The notes beneath the pieces are model-generated. The model saw nothing but the letters and a program-made list of their open reading frames with translations. It had not been told where the DNA came from and searched no databases. From IMG/VR virus record IMGVR_UViG_3300033146_003848, positions 32,001 through 96,000 of that record: a stretch of 64,000 bases of DNA, one strand, 5' to 3'. Every line of letters begins with the position of its first letter. Positions within the stretch are counted from its first letter, which is position 1. This stretch comes from a virus. Of the stretch, positions 47,354-57,587 are shown one piece after another. The position numbers were made by a program, and so were the translations under genes.

Positions 47354-48169
47354 ATGGAAGTTATAAATGTAAGTTTACGAATGAGTAATGATACGCAGTT
47401 GGTTAAAATATATGAATGTGATCGACACCGAAATTGTTCATATTTTAAGAATGATACCTGTTGCAATATGAATCAAATGTCAAAATGTGAGTTTGGACAA
47501 GCAACTGTTGAATGGGGATTTAAAGAAGGGACTCCTGAATTTGAAGAATTTCGAGAAAAGTGGGAATATCATGCTGAATTTAATAAGTTAAATCCTGCTA
47601 ATGCTGTATTAGGATTAATAAATGATGATGTAATATTCCCATATCCATATGTAGTAATAAAAGACGATTATTCTATTGCGGGACCATCATTAGCATCTGA
47701 CTTAGTAGGAGTTATTCCGAAAAAAGTGTTTACTGTGGAGTATATTCGCACTCTTTGTGAATTTGTTCCTGAAAGCATATTAGGAGGAGCAATTATTAAA
47801 TATCAAAAAGACATTGTTCCACTTTTCCTTTTGAACTTGAGAACGTTGTTCCCAGACTTGTATGCACAATTTATCGATAAATATCCAACATATGCGATTC
47901 CAAATCAATTAATCGGGAGATTTGTATTGTTACACACATTATCTCCGTCAATTCTCGAATATCATTCTCCACAATTCCCATCATTAGATTCTTCATGGTA
48001 TTGGGACGGAACATGTTTGAAATATATGAGTGGTCATTTTGATAATCCTCTGATTGCAAAATCGAAAACTATTTTGGAGTTTAAATATATTCCATTTAAA
48101 TACGCAACAGTAGAAATTACAAATTTAAATGTGAATCAAATAGTTGAAACCACAGAGTTTGTGAAGTAA
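47354..48169 (+). CDS. Conserved phage hypothetical protein with N-terminal Cys cluster
   Basis: C...CSY...CC...CEFG; LGGAIIKYQKDIVPLFL. Confidence 0.7.
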   Translation: MEVINVSLRMSNDTQLVKIYECDRHRNCSYFKNDTCCNMNQMSKCEFGQATVEWGFKEGTPEFEEFREKWEYHAEFNKLNPANAVLGLINDDVIFPYPYVVIKDDYSIAGPSLASDLVGVIPKKVFTVEYIRTLCEFVPESILGGAIIKYQKDIVPLFLLNLRTLFPDLYAQFIDKYPTYAIPNQLIGRFVLLHTLSPSILEYHSPQFPSLDSSWYWDGTCLKYMSGHFDNPLIAKSKTILEFKYIPFKYATVEITNLNVNQIVETTEFVK

Positions 48170-48265
48170 ATTATATGTATATTGAAGAGTCAATTAATAC
48201 GAGATGTTAACTTTATATAACACTAAACTAGAATATGAAATGATACAATTGGAGGAGAATAAGAA

Positions 48266-48919
48266 ATGAGATATTTATTGGACGATGATGATTTTGATAT
48301 CAATACTTGGTTACAACAAGTTGTAGTGAGAGATTTTGGAATTTTTGCGGGAACTAGAGAATTATATGAGATGACTCATGATGAGTTACTATCGTATCTT
48401 CAAGGGGAGAGGACAAAAGATATTGAACGTAGACAAACTAAATTGAAACTGGTTAAAGATGAAGTTGATCGAATCAATATCAAGTCTAATGAGGATTGGG
48501 AAAAAGAATACAATGAAGAATTGACTGAGGATGAAACTCGTCGAGACGATCAAGTGAAGCGAAATACCATGTTAAAGGAAAGATATCATGAGAATATTCA
48601 AAAAATCACGACTGCAATTGAAACCGCTACTGATGATATGTCTTTAAAGATGCTATCGTCAGCAAAAGAACAACTTGAGGATGATGTATTGGCGATAAAG
48701 AGAGGTGAAGAGGGTCTTGAAGCACATAGGTTTAAAAATGTATTCCCTAATTGGGAGTATTACAAACAAAGTAATATTGATATTGCTAAGAATAACTTAG
48801 TGCGAGAAATTACCGAATCAACAAAACGATCTAATCAAAACGAATTAGATCAACATATCGAGTGGTATAAAAGATTCGTGAGGGATATGAATTCAACATT
48901 TGGTCAAAAAAATGATTGA
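48266..48919 (+). CDS. Coiled-coil hypothetical protein
   Basis: GGAGGAG RBS. Confidence 0.7.
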   Translation: MRYLLDDDDFDINTWLQQVVVRDFGIFAGTRELYEMTHDELLSYLQGERTKDIERRQTKLKLVKDEVDRINIKSNEDWEKEYNEELTEDETRRDDQVKRNTMLKERYHENIQKITTAIETATDDMSLKMLSSAKEQLEDDVLAIKRGEEGLEAHRFKNVFPNWEYYKQSNIDIAKNNLVREITESTKRSNQNELDQHIEWYKRFVRDMNSTFGQKND

Positions 48920-48961
48920 GGTTCTAAATTATCTGATATATTATATTGTTATTAATTAATA

Positions 48962-49480
48962 TTGGAGAGAGTTGTGGCTTTAAAAGTTATTGAGTGGTGT
49001 TATTCTACATTAAAGCGAAATTGGTTTATCGAAAAGTATTTGTTGAAAACTGAGTTTTCAAAGGCAATTACCATGAGTAAATATATTGAACAGATCGTTA
49101 TTCCTCGTATATTGACGGATTTTAAATTTAATGAACGACAATATGTTCGCAAAATGGATTTATTATTTCTTTCATTAAAACAATCGGCATTGAGAAGAGA
49201 AATTGAGAGTTCACTTCAGACCAATACAGATGTTATTTGTACAATTCAAGGGACTTGGATGAATCATTTTACTGAGAGGACCGATTGGAATTTAATCCCA
49301 ATGTTAGAGAAACTTTCAACGGCAATTCAAACATATGCACAAAACCTCACTCAGAATAATCTTATTGAGATTCAAGTGCTATGGTGGCTTACTCGAAGTC
49401 AATTGTTATATTCTAAAGAAGATATGGGTTGGATAGAGAATGTGATAATTCCATACTCAGCAAAATGGAGAAGTAAATGA
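48962..49480 (+). CDS. Hypothetical protein
   Basis: ORF in operon. Confidence 0.65.
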   Translation: MERVVALKVIEWCYSTLKRNWFIEKYLLKTEFSKAITMSKYIEQIVIPRILTDFKFNERQYVRKMDLLFLSLKQSALRREIESSLQTNTDVICTIQGTWMNHFTERTDWNLIPMLEKLSTAIQTYAQNLTQNNLIEIQVLWWLTRSQLLYSKEDMGWIENVIIPYSAKWRSK

Positions 49481-49734
49481 AACAGAATGATGTGTTGTTT
49501 TCCAAGCGATTTAAAGGTGAAACTGAAATTATAGCATATTATCTAGTGGAAAATGTTATTGATGATTTTCGAGTAGAATGCTTTAGAATTAACTATGATA
49601 ATGGTGAATATGAAGTGAATCCTATTTTGTTTGAAAAACAAACTAAAAAGGTATTAATTTTAAATGAAGATATCATTGATAATTTACCGAAATTAAAAAA
49701 GGCGATTGATATATTTAACCGGAGAAGAAAATGA
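49477..49734 (+). CDS. Hypothetical protein
   Basis: Coupled ORF. Confidence 0.6.
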   Translation: MKQNDVLFSKRFKGETEIIAYYLVENVIDDFRVECFRINYDNGEYEVNPILFEKQTKKVLILNEDIIDNLPKLKKAIDIFNRRRK

Positions 49735-50831
49735 AAAGGTTTATTAGGTTTGGAAAAATAGGACAATTAAGAGATGTTATTAGAAATTTTTCTAGTCACG
49801 TTCAGTATGTCGGAATAGAAAACGGTGAAGCGAAATATGATTCATCAATTAAATTGCCGACAGTGAAAATTATAGCATCTGAGAAGATTCATGGAACCAA
49901 TGCGGGAGTTTGCTTTAGTGCTCCGGATGGGTTTTGGATACAAAGTAGGAGGAATATTATAACTCCAGAGAAAGATAATCATTCTTGTGCATTGAATGCT
50001 ACACATAATCAAGAGACTTGGATGAATATCATTCAACATCAAGCCAAAGTGTATGATATTGATTTGAATGAGAATATCATATCTATATTTTTTGAGTGGT
50101 CAGGACAAGGAATACAAAAGAATTCAGCGTTAACTGGATTATCGAAACGCTCTATGATATTCCAACATTTCAAGGTCAGTCCTATTTTGGAGCAATCAAC
50201 TGAGGATGGAAATGATGAGAATTCAAGTTCATCATATTGGCTAGAAATAAAAGATTTCGATTCTAGTGCGAATGAAGTTGGTATTTATTCTATCATGGAT
50301 TTCCCAACATATTCTTTTGATATTGATTTTAGTAATCCAAAACTTAGTGTGAATTCAATGATTCAATTAGTTGAAGAAATTATTGAGCCTAATTCACCAG
50401 TCGGGAAACAATTTGATATTGAGAATAATGTAGGTGAAGGGATTGTTTGCACTTTTATGTGGGAAAACATTCTATATCGATTTAAAGTGAAAGGTGAAAA
50501 GCATTCTGCAACAAAAGTGAAGACTCTGACTCCTGTTGATGAAGAAAAGGAGCGAGTTAAAATCGAGTTTGCAAATCTAGTATGTAGTGCTTCACGATTA
50601 GAACAAGCCTGGGACGAATGTTTTCATGTGGGCCAAAGTGAAGAAATAGAGAATAAGAATAGAAAACATACTGGTTCATTTATTCGTCTAGTTATGAATG
50701 ATATTCTTGCTGAAGAAGTTGATATAATGATGGAGCGAAAACTTGAAGTGTCAGATATTAAAGAAAGTGTTGGAAACATTTCAAGGAAATGGTTTTTTGA
50801 ACAAATCGATGCTAATGTTGGACTAATATAA
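49731..50831 (+). CDS. ATP-dependent RNA ligase, Rnl2-like
   Basis: Motif I EKIHGTNAG, QSRRNII, FEWSGQGIQK, GEGIV, FKVKGEKHS. Confidence 0.85.
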   Translation: MKRFIRFGKIGQLRDVIRNFSSHVQYVGIENGEAKYDSSIKLPTVKIIASEKIHGTNAGVCFSAPDGFWIQSRRNIITPEKDNHSCALNATHNQETWMNIIQHQAKVYDIDLNENIISIFFEWSGQGIQKNSALTGLSKRSMIFQHFKVSPILEQSTEDGNDENSSSSYWLEIKDFDSSANEVGIYSIMDFPTYSFDIDFSNPKLSVNSMIQLVEEIIEPNSPVGKQFDIENNVGEGIVCTFMWENILYRFKVKGEKHSATKVKTLTPVDEEKERVKIEFANLVCSASRLEQAWDECFHVGQSEEIENKNRKHTGSFIRLVMNDILAEEVDIMMERKLEVSDIKESVGNISRKWFFEQIDANVGLI

Positions 50832-50832
50832 T

Positions 50833-50861
50833 TTGACTTAGAGTGATATTTATGTTATATT
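50833..50861 (+). promoter_or_regulatory. sigma70-type promoter
   Basis: TTGACT-N17-TATATT with TG. Confidence 0.7.
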
Positions 50862-50900
50862 ATTATTGTGAAAACAATAACTTTTATAGAGGAAATCAAA

Positions 50901-52049
50901 ATGGCAAGAATTGAATTAACATTGTCCCCAGATTACGTTAGTACGTGGGGAATTTCGGAAGCGTTGAGAGAATTGGAACAGAACATTATCGATAGAGCAA
51001 ATGAGGATTATTACGCCAAAAAGATACATATATTTGAGCCTGAAAATGAGAGACTGATTGTTGGTAATCAAAACACAACGATTCCAAAAAAGACATTGCT
51101 ACTGGGACAAACAACAAAACGAAATGATAGCAATAGTATTGGTACTTTCGGTGAAGGATATAAATTAGCGTTGTTGATTTTAAATAGATTGGGATTAAAA
51201 ACTAAGATATATAATGGTTCTGAATTGTGGGAGCCAAAAATTATCGAATCGAGGAAATTTGGTGGTAAATTATTAGTGATCGACACTTCTTTGCCAAATT
51301 ATGTGGATACTCCAAAAGACCTAATTTTTTACATTGAAGGTGTTACCAAAGAAATGTACGCGGACTTTAAAAATAAATGTCTATTTCATCAAGAGGTTGG
51401 ATCAGTTATTGATGTTGCAGGAACAGGACAAATACTTCTAAATCCTAAATTTGGTGGTAAATTGTTCGTTGAAGGCTTATTCATTTGTGATTCTAAAACA
51501 AAGTATGGATATAATTTCAAGTCTCATAAAATTCAATTGAATAGAGATAGAAGTCAAGTGGGAGATTTTGATCTTTCATATGAATCCTCTAGATTGTGGA
51601 TGCATCATAACGTAACTGCTGAAGATGAACTTAATAAAATTGATACTTTAGTTGTAGATATGATGAAGAGTGATAGTTTAGACATTCGATTTATTTCTTC
51701 ATTTGGAGGTTCTAATTTTAGACGAGTCTGTGAGTTAAAAATGAAAAAATTCAATGCCGATTTTAATCCAAATAGTGTTCCTGTGAAGACATCAGAAGAG
51801 GCCAAACATTTAAGAGAAATTTATGATAATGTTGATCCAATAATCGTTACTAGTAGCGATTATGAATACTATTCTTGTACTCCAACATATAAAGAGAGAT
51901 TGAAATCTTTGGGAGCCGATAATATGAAATTGGATAGTCCTCAATCGATATTAAAGACATTTAAATATAAATATCAAAATAATTTAGGATATAATGAACT
52001 TCAAGCATTAGATGAAATTATTGGTCAAGCATATTATTGGTCAAATTAA
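50901..52049 (+). CDS. GHKL (Hsp90/MutL/MORC-like) ATPase
   Basis: ALRELEQNIID, LLLGQTTK, IGTFGEGYKLA, LNRDR; start moved to ATG 50901. Confidence 0.8.
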   Translation: MARIELTLSPDYVSTWGISEALRELEQNIIDRANEDYYAKKIHIFEPENERLIVGNQNTTIPKKTLLLGQTTKRNDSNSIGTFGEGYKLALLILNRLGLKTKIYNGSELWEPKIIESRKFGGKLLVIDTSLPNYVDTPKDLIFYIEGVTKEMYADFKNKCLFHQEVGSVIDVAGTGQILLNPKFGGKLFVEGLFICDSKTKYGYNFKSHKIQLNRDRSQVGDFDLSYESSRLWMHHNVTAEDELNKIDTLVVDMMKSDSLDIRFISSFGGSNFRRVCELKMKKFNADFNPNSVPVKTSEEAKHLREIYDNVDPIIVTSSDYEYYSCTPTYKERLKSLGADNMKLDSPQSILKTFKYKYQNNLGYNELQALDEIIGQAYYWSN

Positions 52050-52207
52050 ATATTTTAAAATGTCGATTGCATGCTCAAGTGAGCCTAGATTATCTCGAAC
52101 GTTTGATGTGAGATTGAAAGAAAATTCGATTCCCGTCAAAACAATGAAGCAAATAAACGAGTTCTGTCCGTTTTTAGGACAGAACGCAAACAAATAGAGG
52201 AGACAAA

Positions 52208-52681
52208 ATGGAGATAAAAGTTTTAAGAGTCAATGATAATAGTGACTCAACTATCGGTCTATTTTATATAGATGATGTATTTCAATGTTTTACTATTGAA
52301 GATGAGGGTAGAACTGAGAAAGTGAGCGGTCAGACTAGAATCTGGTCAGGTACATATGAAATAGGACTTCGAAGAGTTGGTGGGTTTCATGAGCGATACT
52401 TGAAAAAATTCCCTGATATGCACGAGGGAATGTTGGAAGTTTTAGATGTTGAGGGCTTTGAATATATTTTGATACATATAGGCAACGAAGAAGATGATAC
52501 AGATGGTTGTTTATTAGTAGGAACAAGTTGCACGTCTAATTTAGATAATAGAGGATTTATAGGTCATTCAACTAATGCATATAAACAGATTTATCCTCAA
52601 ATACTTCAAGCATTAAAGAATGATGAAGAGGTAACAATCACATATATTAATCCCAATTTCATAGAGAATATCAATGAGTGA
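52208..52681 (+). CDS. DUF5675 family protein (L,D-transpeptidase-like, putative peptidoglycan enzyme)
   Basis: STIGLF, CFTIED, TRIWSGTY, ILIHIGN...DTDGCLLVG. Confidence 0.8.
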   Translation: MEIKVLRVNDNSDSTIGLFYIDDVFQCFTIEDEGRTEKVSGQTRIWSGTYEIGLRRVGGFHERYLKKFPDMHEGMLEVLDVEGFEYILIHIGNEEDDTDGCLLVGTSCTSNLDNRGFIGHSTNAYKQIYPQILQALKNDEEVTITYINPNFIENINE

Positions 52682-53231
52682 TATATCAAAAGACATATCA
52701 TTTCAAGGGAGATTCACTTTTGAATATGGTCTTATAGAAGTTAAAGATAATCGAACGTTATTACTGGTGTCTAATAATATTGAACCCTTCAAATATTTAT
52801 TTTCGAGAAAGGAGTTGGCAGGTAAATTATATCAAAATGTTGGATTTATTCCAGGATCAACATTACATTTTGATGCAGATAAAATCATTTGGATGTTGTT
52901 ATCGAAAGACGATAATATTGAGTTCAATATTAACGATAAAGATACCTTTAATTCGTTACATGCAATAGAGAAGCAATTGATACAATCAGGAGACACTGAT
53001 GAGTTTCAACTGCGAACGTTTGTTCCACAAGTCAAGGGAATATTTTCATCTAAAGACAAGAATGAGCCTGAGAAGAGTTTATTGGAACCTACTAAAAAGG
53101 AAGTGTTTCTGATGAGTAGTTTGTCCGTAAGAAGTGAAAAGTATATTACTGGTTCACATATGATAGAAATATTGGATGATGAATTTATGACAACATATTC
53201 ATCATTTCCAAAGGAAATGATTTTAATTTAA
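52674..53231 (+). CDS. Hypothetical protein
   Basis: Coupled ORF. Confidence 0.65.
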   Translation: MSDISKDISFQGRFTFEYGLIEVKDNRTLLLVSNNIEPFKYLFSRKELAGKLYQNVGFIPGSTLHFDADKIIWMLLSKDDNIEFNINDKDTFNSLHAIEKQLIQSGDTDEFQLRTFVPQVKGIFSSKDKNEPEKSLLEPTKKEVFLMSSLSVRSEKYITGSHMIEILDDEFMTTYSSFPKEMILI

Positions 53232-53241
53232 GGAGGAAGAT

Positions 53242-53661
53242 ATGAAATGTAAAGTTTGCGGTATTGAAAATGGAACTAGAAGTGTTTGTGAGAGTTGTGG
53301 AGCCAAATTGGAAGAGTTTGTGCTTGAGGATGGAATTCGAAAGAATCATCTTCGTAAATTGGTTAGAGATAAGATGCCATTGGTATATAAACATCAGTTG
53401 AAGAAGTTTGATGGACATAAAGTTGAAGATCCTAAACAATTGCGAATGTTAATAATGGAGAACATTCAAGAAGAGATAGATAAACTCAAAAAGGGAGAAT
53501 CTGAAGTATTTGCTATGGTAGAGATTATTGACTTAGTGTTAGCGTTAGGAGGAACTTCTAAGTTAGCCTTTGAGGATATTTTCCAAAAGAGGAAGGAGAC
53601 AATCGACAAGTATGGTTCGTTTGCTAATTCTTGTTATATTAAGTGGGTAGAAGAAAAGTAA
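53242..53661 (+). CDS. Zinc ribbon fused to degenerate MazG/PRA-PH-like NTP pyrophosphohydrolase
   Basis: CKVC...CESC; KLVRDKMP...IQEE...KR...YGSF. Confidence 0.65.
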   Translation: MKCKVCGIENGTRSVCESCGAKLEEFVLEDGIRKNHLRKLVRDKMPLVYKHQLKKFDGHKVEDPKQLRMLIMENIQEEIDKLKKGESEVFAMVEIIDLVLALGGTSKLAFEDIFQKRKETIDKYGSFANSCYIKWVEEK

Positions 53662-53667
53662 TTTAAG

Positions 53668-53696
53668 TTGACTTGGTTGATAAATTATGATATAGT
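53668..53696 (+). promoter_or_regulatory. sigma70-type promoter
   Basis: TTGACT-N17-TATAGT with TG; shares TTGACTTGGTTGA with the promoter at 2021. Confidence 0.7.
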
Positions 53697-53729
53697 GTAT
53701 TGAAAGTTATTAATTATTTGAGAGATATT

Positions 53730-54260
53730 ATGAATATTCAAGTTTGGTCGAGAGCAAAAATGAATTTCTTGATTGATAGGAAAATTGCATTGCCATTTCA
53801 TAAGAATGAACCATATGTGATTGTTTCAATATGTGGAGTTTATGATGCAGTATATGGATTAGATTCGTTGTCTGCAACAGGGATTCTAGAATTAAAATTT
53901 GCCGATATGACTCGTGAGTATTGGGAAAAACATCAATCAACATTACATCCAGATAGCATGTTTAATGAAACTCATGCTATTAAATTGTTAGACTTTATTT
54001 ATAAAAATAAAGATGTGGAAAATTGGATAATACATTGTGATGCTGGACTTAGTCGTTCGGGAGCAGTTGCTAGTTGGATAGCCAATCATTTTGGAATATC
54101 ATTCCAAGAGTTGCAAGATCAACAGGATCATAAAATTTATCCGAATTCGATCGTCTTAGATGTTATGAATGAAGTTTCAGGTAAAACTAAAGATGCTCAA
54201 AAATTATATGATGATTTATTTAATAATTCCCAGAGCAGAAGAGGTATAAAATATGACTAA
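53730..54260 (+). CDS. Protein tyrosine/dual-specificity phosphatase-like protein
   Basis: LKFAD, HCDAGLSRS (CX5R), YPN; start moved to ATG 53730. Confidence 0.85.
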   Translation: MNIQVWSRAKMNFLIDRKIALPFHKNEPYVIVSICGVYDAVYGLDSLSATGILELKFADMTREYWEKHQSTLHPDSMFNETHAIKLLDFIYKNKDVENWIIHCDAGLSRSGAVASWIANHFGISFQELQDQQDHKIYPNSIVLDVMNEVSGKTKDAQKLYDDLFNNSQSRRGIKYD

Positions 54261-54837
54261 TATTAATAATTTAATTGAACAACAACGACACCAAGAATTA
54301 GAAAAATTTGAGGAAGAATATGTGTGGTTAAAGGAGGAATATAGTAGAGTTAGGGCTACTATGAATAATATGATAACTATTTCGATGAACAATTTAATTA
54401 ATTCTACTATCCCATTTATTTTAGTGGGAGTATTATTAATTGTTGCCATTTTTGCGATAGATTTTTCAAGCATAGTGTCTCATTCAAATCAAATCATTAA
54501 ATGGAGTATGATTGGGGGATTAGGAGCCTTCATTATAGTATTCTTAACTTCGGCTCACATTATTTATTTGAAATGGTCACTTATAGAAAAGACACTTGAG
54601 AGTATGTATTTATTAGATAATATATCTCTTCAAGAGGTTATAGATAAAACTGAATTGTCAATTATAGAATCCCGAGGAGTTCTGTTAGAAACTTACAGGA
54701 ATTGGCTTCAACATTGGGAACAAATTGGGAAGATTATCATTATGACTCCAGTTTCAGATTCAGTTTTTGAACTTACATTTAAATTTGGATGGGTTAAAAT
54801 ATTATTATTAATGATTCAGCGAGAAAAAGTCAAATGA
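54253..54837 (+). CDS. Two-TM membrane protein
   Basis: Two hydrophobic helices. Confidence 0.65.
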   Translation: MTNINNLIEQQRHQELEKFEEEYVWLKEEYSRVRATMNNMITISMNNLINSTIPFILVGVLLIVAIFAIDFSSIVSHSNQIIKWSMIGGLGAFIIVFLTSAHIIYLKWSLIEKTLESMYLLDNISLQEVIDKTELSIIESRGVLLETYRNWLQHWEQIGKIIIMTPVSDSVFELTFKFGWVKILLLMIQREKVK

Positions 54838-55352
54838 AAGTAATTAGTCAAGAAACTTCATATGTGTGTCCGGTATTTTTGGTAGAACAACTCAAATATG
54901 ATACTGGGCAAACAATGATGGTTCAAAAATGTCCATCTGTTGTACATATTGCTCCATATATTAAAGATAGTGACCGATATATATTAATCGAGGAATTTCG
55001 AGCAGGAGCAGAAGAGGTGTTATTAACATTTCCTGCCGGAAAAATAGATGCTGGAGAATCATCTTTAATTGCCGCATATCGAGAATGCATTGAGGAAACA
55101 GGATATGTCCCACTTGCATTAGAGTTAATACATGAGGGATATACTAATCCTGGAATTAGTGATGAGTACGCATTTTTCTATAAAGCCTCAGTTCGACCTG
55201 CTACAAACGCTGAGATGGAAACTCATTCGGCAGATGAGCATGAGAATATTCAAATTCGCACCATGACAACAGTTGAATTGAGGAAAAAATTAGGAGATAT
55301 CAAATCAATAAAAAGTTTCTTGCTTGCGAATTTGGTTTTGCAAAATAATTAA
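54834..55352 (+). CDS. Nudix hydrolase, ADP-ribose pyrophosphatase-like
   Basis: EEFRAG, FPAGKIDAGESSLIAAYRECIEETGY (Nudix box), TNPGISDE, DEHENI. Confidence 0.88.
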   Translation: MKVISQETSYVCPVFLVEQLKYDTGQTMMVQKCPSVVHIAPYIKDSDRYILIEEFRAGAEEVLLTFPAGKIDAGESSLIAAYRECIEETGYVPLALELIHEGYTNPGISDEYAFFYKASVRPATNAEMETHSADEHENIQIRTMTTVELRKKLGDIKSIKSFLLANLVLQNN

Positions 55353-55419
55353 TTATATGCTATACTATTAATAGAGAGTGTGAGAAAACAATTTATTAAT
55401 TTTTTTAGGGAGACTAAAT

Positions 55420-55698
55420 ATGAGTGATTTTTTATTATCATTTTGGTCAGAAAAAGACTACACATTAGAGCAGGAGTTAAGAATTTTACAGAAAGTGATT
55501 GAATTTTATTTAGGTCAATTGCCAAACATGACAATTGAATTTTTGAAAAAAAGAAGAACTAGAGAAGTGATAAAAGTTTTTCAAGTGAGATATAATCATT
55601 TGGGATTAGGAGCAGAGAATTTTGCTATATTGCAGGATATATATAAACTGGAGAAATTAAGAACGAGGTCGTTTAATATTAATTTATTTGTTGAATAG
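55420..55698 (+). CDS. Hypothetical protein
   Basis: GGGAG RBS. Confidence 0.6.
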   Translation: MSDFLLSFWSEKDYTLEQELRILQKVIEFYLGQLPNMTIEFLKKRRTREVIKVFQVRYNHLGLGAENFAILQDIYKLEKLRTRSFNINLFVE

Positions 55699-55707
55699 GA
55701 GAAAGTT

Positions 55708-55860
55708 ATGCCAATGTATGATTATGTTTGTAAGAATTGTAAAGAGAAGTTTTCAAAGAATGTGCCAATGAAAGATTATAAAAAGCCACAGAAGTGTCCG
55801 AGTTGTAAATCGTTATGCGAAAAAAAGGTTTCCTGTGCGGCATTAAAGGATGTGCATTAG
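55708..55860 (+). CDS. FmdB-family zinc-ribbon protein (50 aa, absent from ORF track)
   Basis: AGGAG RBS; MPMYDYVCKNCKEKF...KCPSCKS..EKKVS. Confidence 0.8.
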   Translation: MPMYDYVCKNCKEKFSKNVPMKDYKKPQKCPSCKSLCEKKVSCAALKDVH

Positions 55861-55869
55861 GAGTGAAAC

Positions 55870-56619
55870 ATGAAATATGAAGTTTTAATAAGTAAGCCTA
55901 AAGATTTAATAACCACTGGACTTCTATTAGATTTAGACAAATCTTTGGTTTTAGTTTTGAATGATAACAATGTGACAATACTCCATTCAGACATAAGTCA
56001 TAAAGAGTCAATGATAGTATGGAATTTCACACCTGAAGTCAATGATATAGATGATAAAAAAATCACGAATGCGATTAAAGAGTATATGGATTCTGTATAT
56101 CATTGTTCATTTGATGTGAAATTGTTTGAAATAATAAAGCCGACATTTATTTCAATATCTCAATCGTCATTTGAGCAAGAATGTAAAGCCGAGGCTCAAC
56201 GATTTTTTAAAAGTCTTAGAGAGAATACCTCTAAAGAGAGTATAAAAAGTTTTTGTAGAAAGGCTAAGTTTATTGATTCTATTCAAGAACAAATGGATCC
56301 CAAACAAAAGATTATCTTAGAGATAGTGGATGGAGAAATCATTTGGAATTTTAGAGATTTTACCAAGAATTTCATGAATAGAGTGTATATTATTGTGAAA
56401 AATATTGCCACAGAAACTTTCATTTCTGTACCACAATATGCAAAATTTTTAGATGCTCTGTATTTCTTAAAATCATCTGAAGAACATTATGACCTTGCCA
56501 TGTTAGATAAATACTCTCAGAATTCAGAAGGGGAGCGAGATTCCATTAAGTCAGGTGATATATGTTTCGCTGAAGGATGGAATCTGTTGAGAGAGTCTGA
56601 TGATATATCCATCACATGA
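55870..56619 (+). CDS. Hypothetical protein
   Basis: AGGAG RBS, 249 aa. Confidence 0.7.
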   Translation: MKYEVLISKPKDLITTGLLLDLDKSLVLVLNDNNVTILHSDISHKESMIVWNFTPEVNDIDDKKITNAIKEYMDSVYHCSFDVKLFEIIKPTFISISQSSFEQECKAEAQRFFKSLRENTSKESIKSFCRKAKFIDSIQEQMDPKQKIILEIVDGEIIWNFRDFTKNFMNRVYIIVKNIATETFISVPQYAKFLDALYFLKSSEEHYDLAMLDKYSQNSEGERDSIKSGDICFAEGWNLLRESDDISIT

Positions 56620-56632
56620 CTAGGAGAATTAA

Positions 56633-57250
56633 ATGTCAACTGTAATAGAACTAGAGCGAAAATATCTTATGAGTGAAATTCCTATGGGAATAGTGAATTT
56701 TGGAATTCAACCTCCAAAAATCATTGAACAATTTTATGTGAAAAATGAGCAAGAAAGGTATAGACATGTTGAGTTTCAAGGGGAACATACTTTTTTTAAG
56801 CAATCAAAACGTTCATTGCCGATTGGATGTATTGAGAACTCCAATGTAATCAGCAAAGTTCGATATTGGTACAATAGAGTTTTTCACAAACAAGGGAATT
56901 TAATCCGAAAAGTTCGATATGAATTGCCAAGTGATATGTATGATGAGATAATAATTGATTCCCAGTTTGTGAATAATATCATTATAGATAAATTTAAATT
57001 GACTGAAAATCGAAAGTTTTTTGTTATGGAAATAGAATTTGCTAATACTGAGGGATATCTAAATGGACAACATTTAACCGCAGAATTTGATGATTTAATG
57101 ATTGATGTTACTGGCGATACACGGTTTTATAATCGAAGTATATCTAAACCGAATAGTTTTATTGAATTATATCCTCTTCTAGATTCTCTTTATCGAAAAA
57201 TTGACGTTAAAAGGATAACTCATATGAAGGAGAAAAAACGTGAAAAATAA
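56633..57250 (+). CDS. CYTH-domain (triphosphate tunnel metalloenzyme) protein
   Basis: ELERKYL, IEQFY, RYR, KVRY, MEIEF, DVTGDTRFYN. Confidence 0.8.
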   Translation: MSTVIELERKYLMSEIPMGIVNFGIQPPKIIEQFYVKNEQERYRHVEFQGEHTFFKQSKRSLPIGCIENSNVISKVRYWYNRVFHKQGNLIRKVRYELPSDMYDEIIIDSQFVNNIIIDKFKLTENRKFFVMEIEFANTEGYLNGQHLTAEFDDLMIDVTGDTRFYNRSISKPNSFIELYPLLDSLYRKIDVKRITHMKEKKREK

Positions 57251-57569
57251 AATATTATTATTATTCATAGGTCTGTTGTTCATATCATGTGCTCATGTTC
57301 CGATAGAGATTAATATCCCTGACTGTTCCCGAATCATAAAATTTCAACGGAATATTCAAGAACGAGATATTTTAATAATCATGAATATACATAAGGAAAT
57401 CATAGACTTACAATTAAATATTTTCGATAATGACATTTTGGTGTGTAATGAATTTAAATTAGAAGTGTCAAAGATAAAAGAATATTTACCATCATCAGAG
57501 AGTATTGTTAAGTTGGGTGTTGAGAATTGTAATCGGATAAACTTGGATTCAAAAGAACCTTCAAAATGA
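57240..57569 (+). CDS. Lipoprotein
   Basis: Signal peptide II with lipobox FISC. Confidence 0.6.
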   Translation: MKNKILLLFIGLLFISCAHVPIEINIPDCSRIIKFQRNIQERDILIIMNIHKEIIDLQLNIFDNDILVCNEFKLEVSKIKEYLPSSESIVKLGVENCNRINLDSKEPSK

Positions 57570-57587
57570 TAAGAGTAATATAATCAA

